In this document: in pieces, positions 17,583-27,161 of the stretch
How the letters are laid out: every line of letters begins with the position of its first letter
Position numbering within the stretch: position 1 is the stretch's first letter
Made by a program: the position numbers and the translations under genes
The notes under the pieces: model-generated
What the model was told of the DNA's origin: nothing
Databases searched by the model: none
What the model saw: only the letters and a program-made list of their open reading frames with translations
DNA from: Halomicronema hongdechloris C2206
GTDB taxonomy: Bacteria > Cyanobacteriota > Cyanobacteriia > Phormidesmidales > Phormidesmidaceae
Direction of reading: 5' to 3'
DNA: 32,000 bases
NCBI RefSeq assembly: GCF_002075285.3
Contig: NZ_CP021983.2
Coordinates: 1,170,001-1,202,000 of the forward strand

Positions 17583-18509
17583 ATGCTCGCTTCAGCCCCC
17601 TTCACTCTTACGGCCCATGACCTCTGGAAAACCTACGGCAATCAAACCGTGGTCCAGGAAATTAATTTGACCTTACAACCAGGGACAATTCTAGGGCTAC
17701 TGGGTCCCAACGGTGCCGGCAAAACCACTACGGTGGCGATGCTTTATGGCTCGGTGATTCCTACCCGGGGATTTACCCAATTTGGCCCCTGGCAGATTCC
17801 GATCCAGGGCAAATATGCCCGCGCCGCCATGGGCATCGTCACCCAGGAGGACAACCTCGATCCCGACTTTACGGTATTCAAGAACCTTACCCACTTTGCC
17901 CACCACTACCGCATCACCCATCAGGCAGCCCGACAGCGGGCCGGTGAGCTACTAGAGTTAGTCAACCTACAAGATAAAGGGCCTTGCCAAATCGACGAGT
18001 TATCTGGGGGCATGAAGCGACGGCTAGTGCTGGCCAGGGCTTTGATTAACCATCCCCAGGTGGTCTTTCTAGATGAACCCACCACCGGCTTGGATCCCGA
18101 TGCCCGCCAGGATTTCTGGCGGTTAGTGTTGCAGCTGAAACAGGCCGGCTGCGGGGTACTTCTGACCACTCATTACATGGATGAGGCCCAGCGACTTTGC
18201 GATCGCTTGTGCCTGTTACAGGGAGGCCGCATCATTGATGAGGGTAGCCCTAGGGATCTGATTGAACGGGTGATTGGACGGGAAGTGGCTGAAATCGAAG
18301 GGATTCCAGTCGAGAAGCTACGATACCTAGCCGACCAATTTCAGCGGTGGAGTCGTCCCTTTGGCAATGGCTATTTGATTAGCCTACCCCAGCATGATCC
18401 CGAGCCCCTCTGGCACCAGATCGAATCCCTCAATCCTGAGCGTCTCACCCGCCGTCACGCTAACTTAGAAGATGTCTTTCTGCGTCTGACAGGCACGGTA
18501 CTGGAATGA
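17583..18509 (+). CDS. ABC transporter ATP-binding protein (ABC-2 / NodI-DrrA-like exporter type)
   Basis: Walker A GPNGAGKTT, signature LSGGMKRRL, Walker B VVFLDEPTTGLD, H-loop TTHYMDEA. I prefer ATG 17583 (MLASAPFTL...) over the track TTG 17514, which lies inside the repeat element. Confidence 0.88.
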   Translation: MLASAPFTLTAHDLWKTYGNQTVVQEINLTLQPGTILGLLGPNGAGKTTTVAMLYGSVIPTRGFTQFGPWQIPIQGKYARAAMGIVTQEDNLDPDFTVFKNLTHFAHHYRITHQAARQRAGELLELVNLQDKGPCQIDELSGGMKRRLVLARALINHPQVVFLDEPTTGLDPDARQDFWRLVLQLKQAGCGVLLTTHYMDEAQRLCDRLCLLQGGRIIDEGSPRDLIERVIGREVAEIEGIPVEKLRYLADQFQRWSRPFGNGYLISLPQHDPEPLWHQIESLNPERLTRRHANLEDVFLRLTGTVLE

Positions 18510-19300
18510 GTCCAATCTCTATCAAGCCTTGGGAAATTAGCCCTTGGGGAGTGTATTCCGTCTGGTGGCGGCATTTTCAGGTCTACCGTAGTACCTGGCT
18601 GGTCAACTGCTTGCCTCCCATCTCAGAGCCCATTGTCTACCTGGTGGCCTTTGGCTATGGCCTCACCCCCTTGGTGGGAGATGTGACTTACCTAGGGCAA
18701 CCACTGACCTATGCCGAGTTCATCGCCCCTGGCATGGTTGCCATTGGCGTCTTGTTTCAATCGTTTTTTGAGGGGGCTTACAGCAGTTTTATCCGCCTCA
18801 ACTTTCAAAAGACCTGGCAGGCTCTGCTCACGGCCCCCCTTAGCTTCACCGAAGTGTTTCTGGGAGACTGGCTCTGGGCTGCTACCAAAGGCTGTATCGC
18901 CGGAGTCCTGACTGGGCTGGTAGCCATTGTCGCCCGCCTCTATACCTGGGACTATTTGCTATTATCTCTGCCGGTCATTGGGTTGGGTAGCTTACTATTT
19001 GGGGCCTTTGGTCTGTTTACGGCAGGGCTGGTCCGCAAAATTGACCAGATCAATGTGCCGATTTTCCTGGTGATCATTCCTATGTTTACCCTCTGCGGCA
19101 CTTATTTTCCCCGTAGTACCTTGCCTGCTGGGTTGCAAGCCATCGCCAGTGTGTTGCCCTTGGCTGCCTTGATCGACCTACTGCGCTGGCCAGTGGCACT
19201 GCCCCCCTGGTGGCCTTTGTCTCTGCTGTGGTTGTTCGGCTGTACGGTGTTGATGGTATGGTTGGCGGTTCGGCGCATCTATCCGAAGCTATATACCTAA
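18506..19300 (+). CDS. ABC-2 type transporter permease
   Basis: 264 aa with about 6 hydrophobic segments. Its start overlaps the ATPase stop (ATGA at 18506-18509), the typical NodJ/ABC-2 permease arrangement. Confidence 0.8.
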   Translation: MSPISIKPWEISPWGVYSVWWRHFQVYRSTWLVNCLPPISEPIVYLVAFGYGLTPLVGDVTYLGQPLTYAEFIAPGMVAIGVLFQSFFEGAYSSFIRLNFQKTWQALLTAPLSFTEVFLGDWLWAATKGCIAGVLTGLVAIVARLYTWDYLLLSLPVIGLGSLLFGAFGLFTAGLVRKIDQINVPIFLVIIPMFTLCGTYFPRSTLPAGLQAIASVLPLAALIDLLRWPVALPPWWPLSLLWLFGCTVLMVWLAVRRIYPKLYT

Positions 19301-19303
19301 GAC

Positions 19304-19546
19304 ATGATGACATCTTCCCCGAGTCCCTGGCGGTATAAGCCCTGGTGGTGCCAACCCTGGTCGATTGTGCTGACTGGTTTGAGCCTCATCGGCGGCAGTT
19401 GGTGGTTACTGCATCGTTGGTGGCTAACTGCCTTGGTGGCGATCCCGGTGGCAGCCTGGATGGGCTTTTTCTTGTTGCTTTGGCCCAAGTTAGTGGTGCA
19501 GGCAGGTCTCTTGGACGAGGAGAGTGCTGGAGGAATGGAGAGCTAA
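19304..19546 (+). CDS. Small Trp-rich two-helix membrane protein (conserved hypothetical)
   Basis: 80 aa, starting 4 nt after the permease stop. PWRYKPWWCQPWSIVLTGLSLIGGSWWLL...LVAIPVAAWMGFFLLLWP gives two clear TM helices. Coding is supported mainly by tight coupling and the hydrophobicity pattern. Confidence 0.5.
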   Translation: MMTSSPSPWRYKPWWCQPWSIVLTGLSLIGGSWWLLHRWWLTALVAIPVAAWMGFFLLLWPKLVVQAGLLDEESAGGMES

Positions 19547-19623
19547 GGCAAAGGCCACGCCGCTGTAGCCCTACTCTCCCCAACCGTTGCACCCAGTAGA
19601 TCAACAGACATGATCCCAGCCCA

Positions 19624-20436
19624 TTAGGAAAAATTGGGAGGTTGGTCTCGCATTGCCCAGTACAGCTGCTCCACATCTCCACGGCGATAAAAGATGCGAC
19701 TGCCTCGCCGAGACATGCGGGCTTCCATGCCGGCCTCTTCCATCAGCCGCTGCACCTGCTGCCGGGGGCGGCCAATCAGGGTAGCTGCATCCTTGAGACG
19801 AATCCATTGTTGGCTAAAGCGAGCCAGCAATGCCTGATCGGATTCCTGTTGAATTTGTTGCAGCAACCCTTCGGCTAGCAGCCAGCAGGCCTTAGTATCG
19901 GCACCAGCCCGATGGGATGGTCCCACATCAAAACCAAAGTGTTGGACTAGATTGGGTAAACTGCGGGATGGTAGGTCAGCCAACAATAGTCTCGATAGCA
20001 ACACTGTGCAGAACCGCCTATTGGCAGGGCGACTGTAGGACTGTCGCAAGCGTTGGTATTCTGCTTGCAAAAAGCCGTAGTCAAACTCCAGGTTATGGGC
20101 TGTCAGGATTCCCTGACTTAAAGCAGTACGACACTGGGGCCAGACTACCTCTGGGGCCTCCCCTTGCAGAACCATCTCTTGGGTAATACCGGTGACCCGG
20201 GTAATGATACGGGGAATACGCACTCCTGGATTAATCAAGAATGTCTGCTGCTGGTGGATGCCATCGGCCAGACTAGCCTGTAGGATAGAGACTTCAATCA
20301 CCCGGGACCGATAGGCCAAGGATCCCGTGGTTTCTACATCGATGACTGTCAGGAGTGATTGGCTTACCTGTCGGTAGTAAGCCAAGAGATCTGTCGCAAG
20401 CAAAGAAGATTGACCGGATAGGGCTTTGGCAACCAT
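19624..20436 (-). CDS. DnaQ-like 3'-5' exonuclease (DEDDh) with C-terminal HTH-like domain
   Basis: Exo I VIDVETTG, Exo II TAHNLEFDYGFL, Exo III SHRAGADTKA. The C-terminal roughly 70 aa, IRLKDAATLIGRPRQQVQRLMEEAGMEA...RIFYRRGDVEQL, resembles excisionase/MerR-type HTH. ATG 20436 is preferred over the track TTG 20451. Confidence 0.75.
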   Translation of the reverse strand: MVAKALSGQSSLLATDLLAYYRQVSQSLLTVIDVETTGSLAYRSRVIEVSILQASLADGIHQQQTFLINPGVRIPRIITRVTGITQEMVLQGEAPEVVWPQCRTALSQGILTAHNLEFDYGFLQAEYQRLRQSYSRPANRRFCTVLLSRLLLADLPSRSLPNLVQHFGFDVGPSHRAGADTKACWLLAEGLLQQIQQESDQALLARFSQQWIRLKDAATLIGRPRQQVQRLMEEAGMEARMSRRGSRIFYRRGDVEQLYWAMRDQPPNFS

Positions 20437-20887
20437 ACAACCCTGGGGCAATAGCCTCTGTTTATCCTAAGGGGTTTGATGCTCCTGAGGTAGATCATCC
20501 TGGGTATTGATGGCTAGGGTTACTGTTGGCGGGGTAGGATCACAGGTAATTGTCCAGAGGATGGGCTGGCGGCTGCTCCTGGATGCCCTGCGTGCTTTGT
20601 GTTCCGTATCCTTGCTTCAAGATGACCATGACTTGAGATCTGGGCGGCGGTGCGCCGTGGCCAGTTCCAGCCTGGGATTGGTCTTTCTCTCAGTAAGCCC
20701 CGAGGTCTGATGTTGAGCATGGCTCACTCCTGAAGTGGCCTCAATCAATTGTCTGGTCAGGGCCTTAGTTCTTCTGATAAAAATACGATTAGAGATTACG
20801 CACAGTCTGCCTGTTCCAAGGCATGATCGTTAGCAGTATTTTGTAATTTTTGTAACTATTCCCTTATTGTGTCGAGCTAGCATTCCC

Positions 20888-22753
20888 ATGACTTCCACCC
20901 CTGTTCGAGTCCAACCGACAACGCCAGAGAGTCATCCTGTTATCCAACGGGCAACTGGAGCCTTTGCCCTGATTGATAGCCTGAAGCGGCATGAAGTTAA
21001 GCATATCTTTGGCTATCCTGGCGGGGCCATCCTACCCATTTATGACGAGCTCTATCGGGCGGAAGCAGCGGGTGATGTTCAGCATATCCTGGTACGCCAT
21101 GAACAGGGAGCTGCTCATGCGGCTGATGGCTATGCTCGGGCGACTGGAAAAGTCGGGGTTTGTTTTGGCACTTCGGGGCCGGGGGCGACTAATTTGGTCA
21201 CTGGCATCGCCACTGCTCAAATGGATTCGATTCCCATGGTAGTGATTACGGGACAGGTAGCCCGGGCTGCCATTGGTAGTGATGCCTTCCAGGAGACGGA
21301 TATTTTTGGCATTACTCTACCAATTGTGAAGCATTCCTACGTGGCTCGGGATCCTAACCAGATTGCCGACATTGTGGCGGAGGCGTTCTATATCGCTCGG
21401 ACAGGGCGGCCGGGGCCAGTGTTGATCGACGTGCCTAAGGATGTCGGCCTGGAAGCCTTTGATTATGTGCCCGTCAATCCGCACTCGGTGAAGTTGCGGG
21501 GGTATAAACCTACGGTGAAGGGGAATCCACGTCAGATCAACCACGCCATTAATCTGATGCGTCAGGCCGAACGGCCCCTGATGTATGTGGGAGGTGGGGC
21601 GATTACGGCGGGAGCCCACAACGAGGTTCGGCAACTGGCGGAGTACTTTCAGATTCCGGTTACCACCACGTTGATGGGGAAAGGAGCCTTCGATGAACAT
21701 CATCCCCTGGCCGTGGGCATGTTGGGCATGCATGGTACGGCCTATGCCAACTTTGCCGTCAGCGAGTGTGATCTGCTGATCGCCATTGGGGCTCGCTTCG
21801 ATGATCGGGTCACAGGTAAGCTAGATGAGTTTGCCTCTCGGGCTAAGGTGATTCATATCGATATCGACCCGGCTGAGGTGGGTAAGAACCGCGTTCCCAA
21901 TGTACCGATTGTGGGGGATGTGCGCCAGGTGTTGATGGACCTATTGCGACGACTGCAGGAGCAAAGTCAGCCCCCCTCTCCTCAGCAGACGCGGACTTGG
22001 TGCGATCGCATCAACCGCTGGCGCCAAGATTACCCTTTGCTCGTGCCCAGCTATGAGGGCATGCTGTCTCCCCAGGAAGTCATTGTCGAGTTGGGGCGTC
22101 AGGCACCCCAAGCGTTTTACACCACTGATGTGGGACAACATCAGATGTGGGCTGCCCAGTTTCTTAAAAATGGACCGCGTCGCTGGATTTCCAGTGCCGG
22201 CCTGGGCACCATGGGCTATGGCATGCCAGCTGCGATGGGGGTTAAGGTGGCCTTACCCCACGAGGAGGTTATCTGCATTAGCGGTGATGCCAGCTTCCAG
22301 ATGAATATCCAGGAGTTGGGTACGTTGGCTCAGTACGGCATTGCCGCCAAGACCGTGATTATCAATAACGGCTGGCAAGGCATGGTACGCCAGTGGCAGC
22401 AGACCTTCTTTGAAGAGCGTTACTCTTCCTCCAATATGGAAGTGGGCATGCCAGACTTTGAGCTGTTGTCCCAGGCCTATGGGGTTAAAGGTATGCTGGT
22501 CACTAGCCGCGACCAGTTGTCGGCAGCGATCGATGAAATGCTGGCCACACAAGGGCCTGTGGTCATGGATGTGCGGGTTCGCAAGGATGAAAACTGCTAT
22601 CCCATGGTGGCTCCTGGCAAGAGTAATGCCCAGATGTTGGGCTTGCCTGAAGTTACTTCCCAGCGTCCGATAGAGACCCTGCAATGCAGCACCTGTGGTA
22701 CTGAAAATCCCTCTAGCCATAGCTTTTGTCCAGCCTGTGGCGCTAAACTTTAG
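20888..22753 (+). CDS. ilvB: Acetolactate synthase (acetohydroxyacid synthase) large subunit, biosynthetic type
   Basis: [32 protein letters not shown]...[40 protein letters not shown]...[14 protein letters not shown]...[12 protein letters not shown] (ThDP motif). ATG 20888; the track start is TTG 20867. Confidence 0.93.
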   Translation: MTSTPVRVQPTTPESHPVIQRATGAFALIDSLKRHEVKHIFGYPGGAILPIYDELYRAEAAGDVQHILVRHEQGAAHAADGYARATGKVGVCFGTSGPGATNLVTGIATAQMDSIPMVVITGQVARAAIGSDAFQETDIFGITLPIVKHSYVARDPNQIADIVAEAFYIARTGRPGPVLIDVPKDVGLEAFDYVPVNPHSVKLRGYKPTVKGNPRQINHAINLMRQAERPLMYVGGGAITAGAHNEVRQLAEYFQIPVTTTLMGKGAFDEHHPLAVGMLGMHGTAYANFAVSECDLLIAIGARFDDRVTGKLDEFASRAKVIHIDIDPAEVGKNRVPNVPIVGDVRQVLMDLLRRLQEQSQPPSPQQTRTWCDRINRWRQDYPLLVPSYEGMLSPQEVIVELGRQAPQAFYTTDVGQHQMWAAQFLKNGPRRWISSAGLGTMGYGMPAAMGVKVALPHEEVICISGDASFQMNIQELGTLAQYGIAAKTVIINNGWQGMVRQWQQTFFEERYSSSNMEVGMPDFELLSQAYGVKGMLVTSRDQLSAAIDEMLATQGPVVMDVRVRKDENCYPMVAPGKSNAQMLGLPEVTSQRPIETLQCSTCGTENPSSHSFCPACGAKL

Positions 22754-23060
22754 CACACACGCTCCAAAAGCAGTTAGTCCTGAGCACCGCGTCAGATTTC
22801 CGGCCAGATTTCTGGGTAGAGAACGGCGTAAGTTCTCCCCGATGGCTAATCGGCTAGGCAACTTCATATCTTTTACCGGCGGGTTGGGCCCTAGCACTGG
22901 TTATGCTCCTGGGTTCGACATGTTATAGCGCCCAAGGAACGAGTGTACTAGGGCTTCCTCAGGAGAACAGGCTGAAGACGCTTTTGTATGTCTTATGTGT
23001 GCTGGCTCTTGTGCTATGGGGAGTTGCACGCTAGCATGGCGCTTGATTCTTATATTTGAT

Positions 23061-23090
23061 CCCTGATTCACTTTAGAATCGGGGGCTTTT
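23061..23090 (+). terminator. Candidate intrinsic terminator in the ilvB-ftsL-like spacer
   Basis: CCCTGATTC-ACTTTA-GAATCGGGG forms a 9-bp stem including one G-U pair. It is followed by GCTTTTCC. The U-tract is present only on the + strand. Confidence 0.35.
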
Positions 23091-23174
23091 CCTCAGGATT
23101 TCGGCCAATCTGTCGCAGAATTGCTGCAATGGAGTATCCTGACGGCAGTTAGTGGATTGCTAGAGGAGTAGAGG

Positions 23175-23696
23175 ATGGCAGTTGCCCTCAAATCGGACAC
23201 CTCCGATCAGGCTGACTGGGTCACTTACCGCAGTCAGACCTTAGCCCCAGACATCAAGCGGCCACCTCGCTACTCTAGGCGGTCCAGGCCACAAAGCCGG
23301 GCCAGACTAGCGCCGGTCCACTCGTTGCCGGTGGGACCTGATCAAGCTCCCTGGTTACGGTGGCTGAGATGGGTGACCATCGGTACCACCTGGCTAACAG
23401 CAGGTACCGTTGTCAGCACGCTAGCTCTATACGGGTTGTCTGTTTCCCTTAACCGTCAACTGACGGAGACGACCTCGCAGCTTACCCAGTTAGAACGCCA
23501 CGAACATCGACTGACAACGGCAAACGAGTTGCTAAAGCACCATTTAGCTGACCAGGCCAAGCGTCCCCAGGCCGGGTTGATGTCTCCTCATCCCGAGCAT
23601 GTATTGTTTCTGACGCCGGCCCCCCAACGGCCTACCGAGCCACCTCAGTTCCAGAGGTCTAGCCAAGAAGGACCACTATTTCCCATGGGATACTGA
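23175..23696 (+). CDS. FtsL-like bitopic membrane protein (basic N-terminal tail, one TM helix, coiled-coil segment)
   Basis: 173 aa, located directly upstream of ftsI. TM helix WVTIGTTWLTAGTVVSTLALYGL is followed by a heptad-like segment, LNRQLTETTSQLTQLERHEHRLTTANELLKHHL. The call rests on position and architecture only. Confidence 0.4.
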   Translation: MAVALKSDTSDQADWVTYRSQTLAPDIKRPPRYSRRSRPQSRARLAPVHSLPVGPDQAPWLRWLRWVTIGTTWLTAGTVVSTLALYGLSVSLNRQLTETTSQLTQLERHEHRLTTANELLKHHLADQAKRPQAGLMSPHPEHVLFLTPAPQRPTEPPQFQRSSQEGPLFPMGY

Positions 23697-23794
23697 CCCA
23701 CGCCATTGCTAGCTCTGGCAGTTAACCAACGGGAGGCTCCAGACCTTGACTTAGACTTGCTATTCTACAGTGATCTCTTATCGACTCATCGGCA

Positions 23795-25588
23795 ATGGCC
23801 CATCGACAGCTGGCTAGACTGACGTCACTGGCTACCCAGCGTCAGCGAGGCTTTCATCCCCGGCAAAGGTCCTTGGCGTCTACCCCGAGGCTAAGAAGCC
23901 GTCGCCACAGACGGCAGTCTCCCGCCGCTCCTCGCTGGCGCCTCACCCTGGTTTGGGCCAGTCTCGTCGTTGCCATGGTGGGTATTGGGGCTCGTCTAAT
24001 CTATGTGCAGATTCACCAGGGGGATTCACTGCGGCAACGGGCGCAGCAACAGCAGAAAAGCTCCCCCACTCCTCGAGCATTAAGGCATCCAATCGTTGAT
24101 CGGCGAGGGAATTTACTGGCCGTTGATCAGATCGTGTATACCCTCTATAGTCATCCGGCTCTGTTTAAGCAGTCTTATCATCAAGTGGCGACGGCTTTGG
24201 CACCATTGCTAGAAACCAGCCCGGCCCAGCTGCAGGAAACTTTCGGGCAACAGTCAACTGGGATCAAGTTAGCTGATGAGTTATCTCCGGAGAGACGCGA
24301 TCGCATCCAGGCGTTGCAAGTGGATGGCCTCGAACTCATTCCTCAGGTGCAACGGGTATATCCCCAAGAGGAGCTCTTCGCTCAAGTAGTAGGCTTCATC
24401 AACGCCGAGGGAGAGGCCCAAACTGGTCTAGAAGTAGCTCTAGAGGAGCGCCTAGCCATTCCCCCTAATCCGGCCTCTCCCCAATCATCGTCACTGCGGT
24501 TGCAACTCACCCTAGATAGCCAACTACAACGAATAGCCCAGCAGGAACTACAACGTACCCTGCGACAATATGGAGCGAGACGCGGCACAGTCATGGTCAT
24601 GGACGCTCAAGACGGCACCCTCCTAGCCATGGCAGTAGCCCCCACCTATGACCCAAATCGCTACTACGAAGCCGACCTAGACACCTTACGCAACTGGGCC
24701 GTGAGCGATCTCTATGAGCCCGGGTCCACCTTTAAGCCCATCACCATGGCCATAGCCCTGGAAGCTGGGGCGGTCCAGCCCGGGGATACCCTCTACGACG
24801 AAGGCCAACTGATCTTAGGCGAATGGACCATCCGTAACTTCGACTATGCTGCCCTTGGCGGCCACGGCACCTTAACCCTGACAGAAATCCTGAAATATTC
24901 CAGCAATGTTGGCATGGTGCACCTGATGCAACGGCTGCAGCCTGCCACCTATTACCACTGGTTGCAGCGACTCGATTTGCTCAATCCTACTGGTATTGAG
25001 CTGCCTGCCGAGGCCACGGCTCAATTGCCCTCTCGGGAGCAATTTCTCCAAAGCTCGGTAGAGCGGGCCACCGTTGCCTTTGGTCAGGGATTAGCCCTCA
25101 CCCCCATCCAACTCCTACGTCTACATGGAGCCCTGGCCAATGGCGGTAAGTTGGTTACTCCCCATGTGGTCAGAGGATTAGTCGATGCCTCCGGCGAGCT
25201 CCAGTGGCAGCCCCAACGCCTGGTACCCCAGCACCTCTTCTCCAGTGATACCACCCAGCAAGTCATCGCCATGATGGAAACTGTTGTGGACTCGGGCACC
25301 GGCCAAGTTGCCCAAATCAATGGCTATCAAATTGCTGGCAAGACTGGCACAGCTCAGAAGGTAACTACCGGGGGGCGCTACGGCACTGGCCGCATCACTA
25401 GTTTTGTGGCTATTGCTCCAGCGGAGGCCCCTCGCTACGTAGTCCTCGCCGTCATTGATGAACCCTGGGGGGAAAACGCCTATGGTTCTACTGTGGCGGC
25501 CCCCTTAGTCAAGACAGTGATGGAACCGCTGCTGGTGATGACCGGAGTGGCACCCTCCAACCCAGAAGCCATCAATGGGGTGGAGTAG
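23795..25588 (+). CDS. ftsI: Penicillin-binding protein 2 / FtsI-type peptidoglycan D,D-transpeptidase
   Basis: N-terminal TM helix, then the transpeptidase motifs STFKP (SxxK), SSN and KTGTA. 597 aa. Confidence 0.85.
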   Translation: MAHRQLARLTSLATQRQRGFHPRQRSLASTPRLRSRRHRRQSPAAPRWRLTLVWASLVVAMVGIGARLIYVQIHQGDSLRQRAQQQQKSSPTPRALRHPIVDRRGNLLAVDQIVYTLYSHPALFKQSYHQVATALAPLLETSPAQLQETFGQQSTGIKLADELSPERRDRIQALQVDGLELIPQVQRVYPQEELFAQVVGFINAEGEAQTGLEVALEERLAIPPNPASPQSSSLRLQLTLDSQLQRIAQQELQRTLRQYGARRGTVMVMDAQDGTLLAMAVAPTYDPNRYYEADLDTLRNWAVSDLYEPGSTFKPITMAIALEAGAVQPGDTLYDEGQLILGEWTIRNFDYAALGGHGTLTLTEILKYSSNVGMVHLMQRLQPATYYHWLQRLDLLNPTGIELPAEATAQLPSREQFLQSSVERATVAFGQGLALTPIQLLRLHGALANGGKLVTPHVVRGLVDASGELQWQPQRLVPQHLFSSDTTQQVIAMMETVVDSGTGQVAQINGYQIAGKTGTAQKVTTGGRYGTGRITSFVAIAPAEAPRYVVLAVIDEPWGENAYGSTVAAPLVKTVMEPLLVMTGVAPSNPEAINGVE

Positions 25589-26213
25589 CCTGTAAACGCT
25601 CAAACAAGCAGGATTCTAGCCGCTCTAGGGCAACCTCTAGATCATCATTGACAATCTGAAGATCGAATTCAGCTGCCGCCTCGATTTCTACCTGAGCCCG
25701 CTGTAGTCGTCGAGTAATGGCAGCTTCATCGTCTTGTCCCCGCTGACGAATTCGGTGCTCTAGCTCCTCCAGGGAGGGAGGCAAGATGAAAATTTGCCAG
25801 GCCCCTGGGAAGCGCTGACGGATCTGACGGGCCCCGTCTAATTCAATCTCCAACACGACCCAATGGCCTGCTTGCACTGGTACCGTCACAGACTGGACCG
25901 GTGTGCCGTAGTAGTTGCCAGCAAATTCTGCCCACTCTAGCAGATCGCCTTGGCGGATCATCTGTTCGAAGTCTGCCCGTTCCACAAAATAGTAATGCTG
26001 ACCGTGGACCTCTCCTGGTCGTGGGGCTCGAGTCGTCGCCGATACCGATAGATGTAGCTCTGGATGCTTCTCTAGTAAGGCCCTCAGCAGGGTGCCCTTG
26101 CCTACGCCACTAGGGCCCGTGAACACGATCAACTGTCCAGGAGAGGTCGATAGAACTGGGGGCGAATTGTCCCCATGGGTAGGATTGGCAATGGAGGAAG
26201 GACGATGAGTCAT
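25572..26213 (-). CDS. gmk: Guanylate kinase
   Basis: P-loop GPSGVGKGTL, SATTRAPRPGEVHGQHYYFV, EWAEFAGNYYGT. It lies 21 nt downstream of pcyA on the same strand. Confidence 0.9.
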   Translation of the reverse strand: MTHRPSSIANPTHGDNSPPVLSTSPGQLIVFTGPSGVGKGTLLRALLEKHPELHLSVSATTRAPRPGEVHGQHYYFVERADFEQMIRQGDLLEWAEFAGNYYGTPVQSVTVPVQAGHWVVLEIELDGARQIRQRFPGAWQIFILPPSLEELEHRIRQRGQDDEAAITRRLQRAQVEIEAAAEFDLQIVNDDLEVALERLESCLFERLQATPPH

Positions 26214-26234
26214 GGGTATCGTGCGGATTGTAAA

Positions 26235-26969
26235 TCACCTCTCAGGCAAATCAAAGAGCACCGTGGTCATATAGCGTTCTGCCCAGTCTTCACCGAAGGC
26301 TTTTTCGAGTACCCGCCGGGTTTTATCATTTTGCCGCTGTTGTTGGCAGTAACGCTGCTGTCCGGCCAGGATGATATCCTCTCGGTCTGGAGTAGCAGGG
26401 GTGGCAACCGCTTGGCGACAATGAATTTGCAGATAGGCCTGCACTCGCTCTAGAAATTGGGTCTCTTCGATGGCATTGTTGGGACGAATGAACAGGCAAA
26501 AGGGCGAAAAAATATCCCCCCAGGGCGGCAGCGATCGCATCTGGGCAAACTCAGGTGCCGGTAACGCTGCCAAGGCTGCTCGATAGCCAGAAGGCAACTG
26601 GTGATCTGCCCGCACCGGTGACAGATCGACAATGGCCGCACTAATTTGCCCGCGCCCCCCGACTAAATCACAGCCAAACATGGGCAGATCATAGCTGGGC
26701 CGAGGGAACATAACACAGTGCAAAATATCGAGGGATTGGCCCACTCGAGCCAATTCCAGATGCAATTTCCGAAACTGTGGGGTCTGATAGCAGCGATTTT
26801 CAATCACCAGAGTTTCCCCTTCCAACCGCCCCTCCACATAACCAAGCTCCTCTGGCAGTTGGTAGGGAGAGAGAGCTAATGTCTGGGTCCAGACCCTTTC
26901 AATGGCATCAGCCAAGCGACGGATCAAAGCATGTTGCTGATGACGAATCGAGGGAGCAGCAGTAGCCAT
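26235..26969 (-). CDS. pcyA: Phycocyanobilin:ferredoxin oxidoreductase
   Basis: [70 protein letters not shown] is the characteristic PcyA core. ATG 26969 is preferred over the track TTG 26984. Confidence 0.9.
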   Translation of the reverse strand: MATAAPSIRHQQHALIRRLADAIERVWTQTLALSPYQLPEELGYVEGRLEGETLVIENRCYQTPQFRKLHLELARVGQSLDILHCVMFPRPSYDLPMFGCDLVGGRGQISAAIVDLSPVRADHQLPSGYRAALAALPAPEFAQMRSLPPWGDIFSPFCLFIRPNNAIEETQFLERVQAYLQIHCRQAVATPATPDREDIILAGQQRYCQQQRQNDKTRRVLEKAFGEDWAERYMTTVLFDLPER

Positions 26970-27161
26970 GGCACTTAGATACAAAGATAGACCACCAGCA
27001 TATCAGCTCACTGTTGTCATGCTAAGAGCAAGTGCCGAGAGTAAGCCAACCATAAACAGAGCAACTCGATTTCGGCACATTTATGGAGCCCCCAGGAAAA
27101 AGTATGATGAAGTCTCTAGAAACAGGTTAGAAGAGAGCAGGACAACGAACGCTAGGCGATT

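Noticed and set aside
20452-20887. The 435-bp GC-rich spacer between the exonuclease gene and ilvB, checked for a known ncRNA (6S, SRP, RNase P, tmRNA, Yfr1) or a leader peptide; includes ORFs 20507-20710 (+) and 20520-20720 (-)
   Set aside because: I could not find diagnostic motifs: no AGGAAAGTCC-type RNase P core, no SRP GGAA tetraloop context, no ACTCCTCACAC, no tRNA-like 3' end, and no Val/Leu/Ile-rich leader ORF. The two ORFs mirror each other and look like chance. An ncRNA cannot be excluded without covariance-model scans.
22253-22897. 214-aa minus-strand ORF antisense to the 3' end of ilvB
   Set aside because: It overlaps the well-supported ilvB frame for most of its length. No recognisable motifs or ribosome-binding site.
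22896-22930. tRNA-like GGTTCGA (T-loop-like) motif in CTCCTGGGTTCGACATGTT
   Set aside because: The flanks cannot form a 5-bp T-stem (CCTGG versus ATGTT). No acceptor or anticodon arms could be built on either strand.
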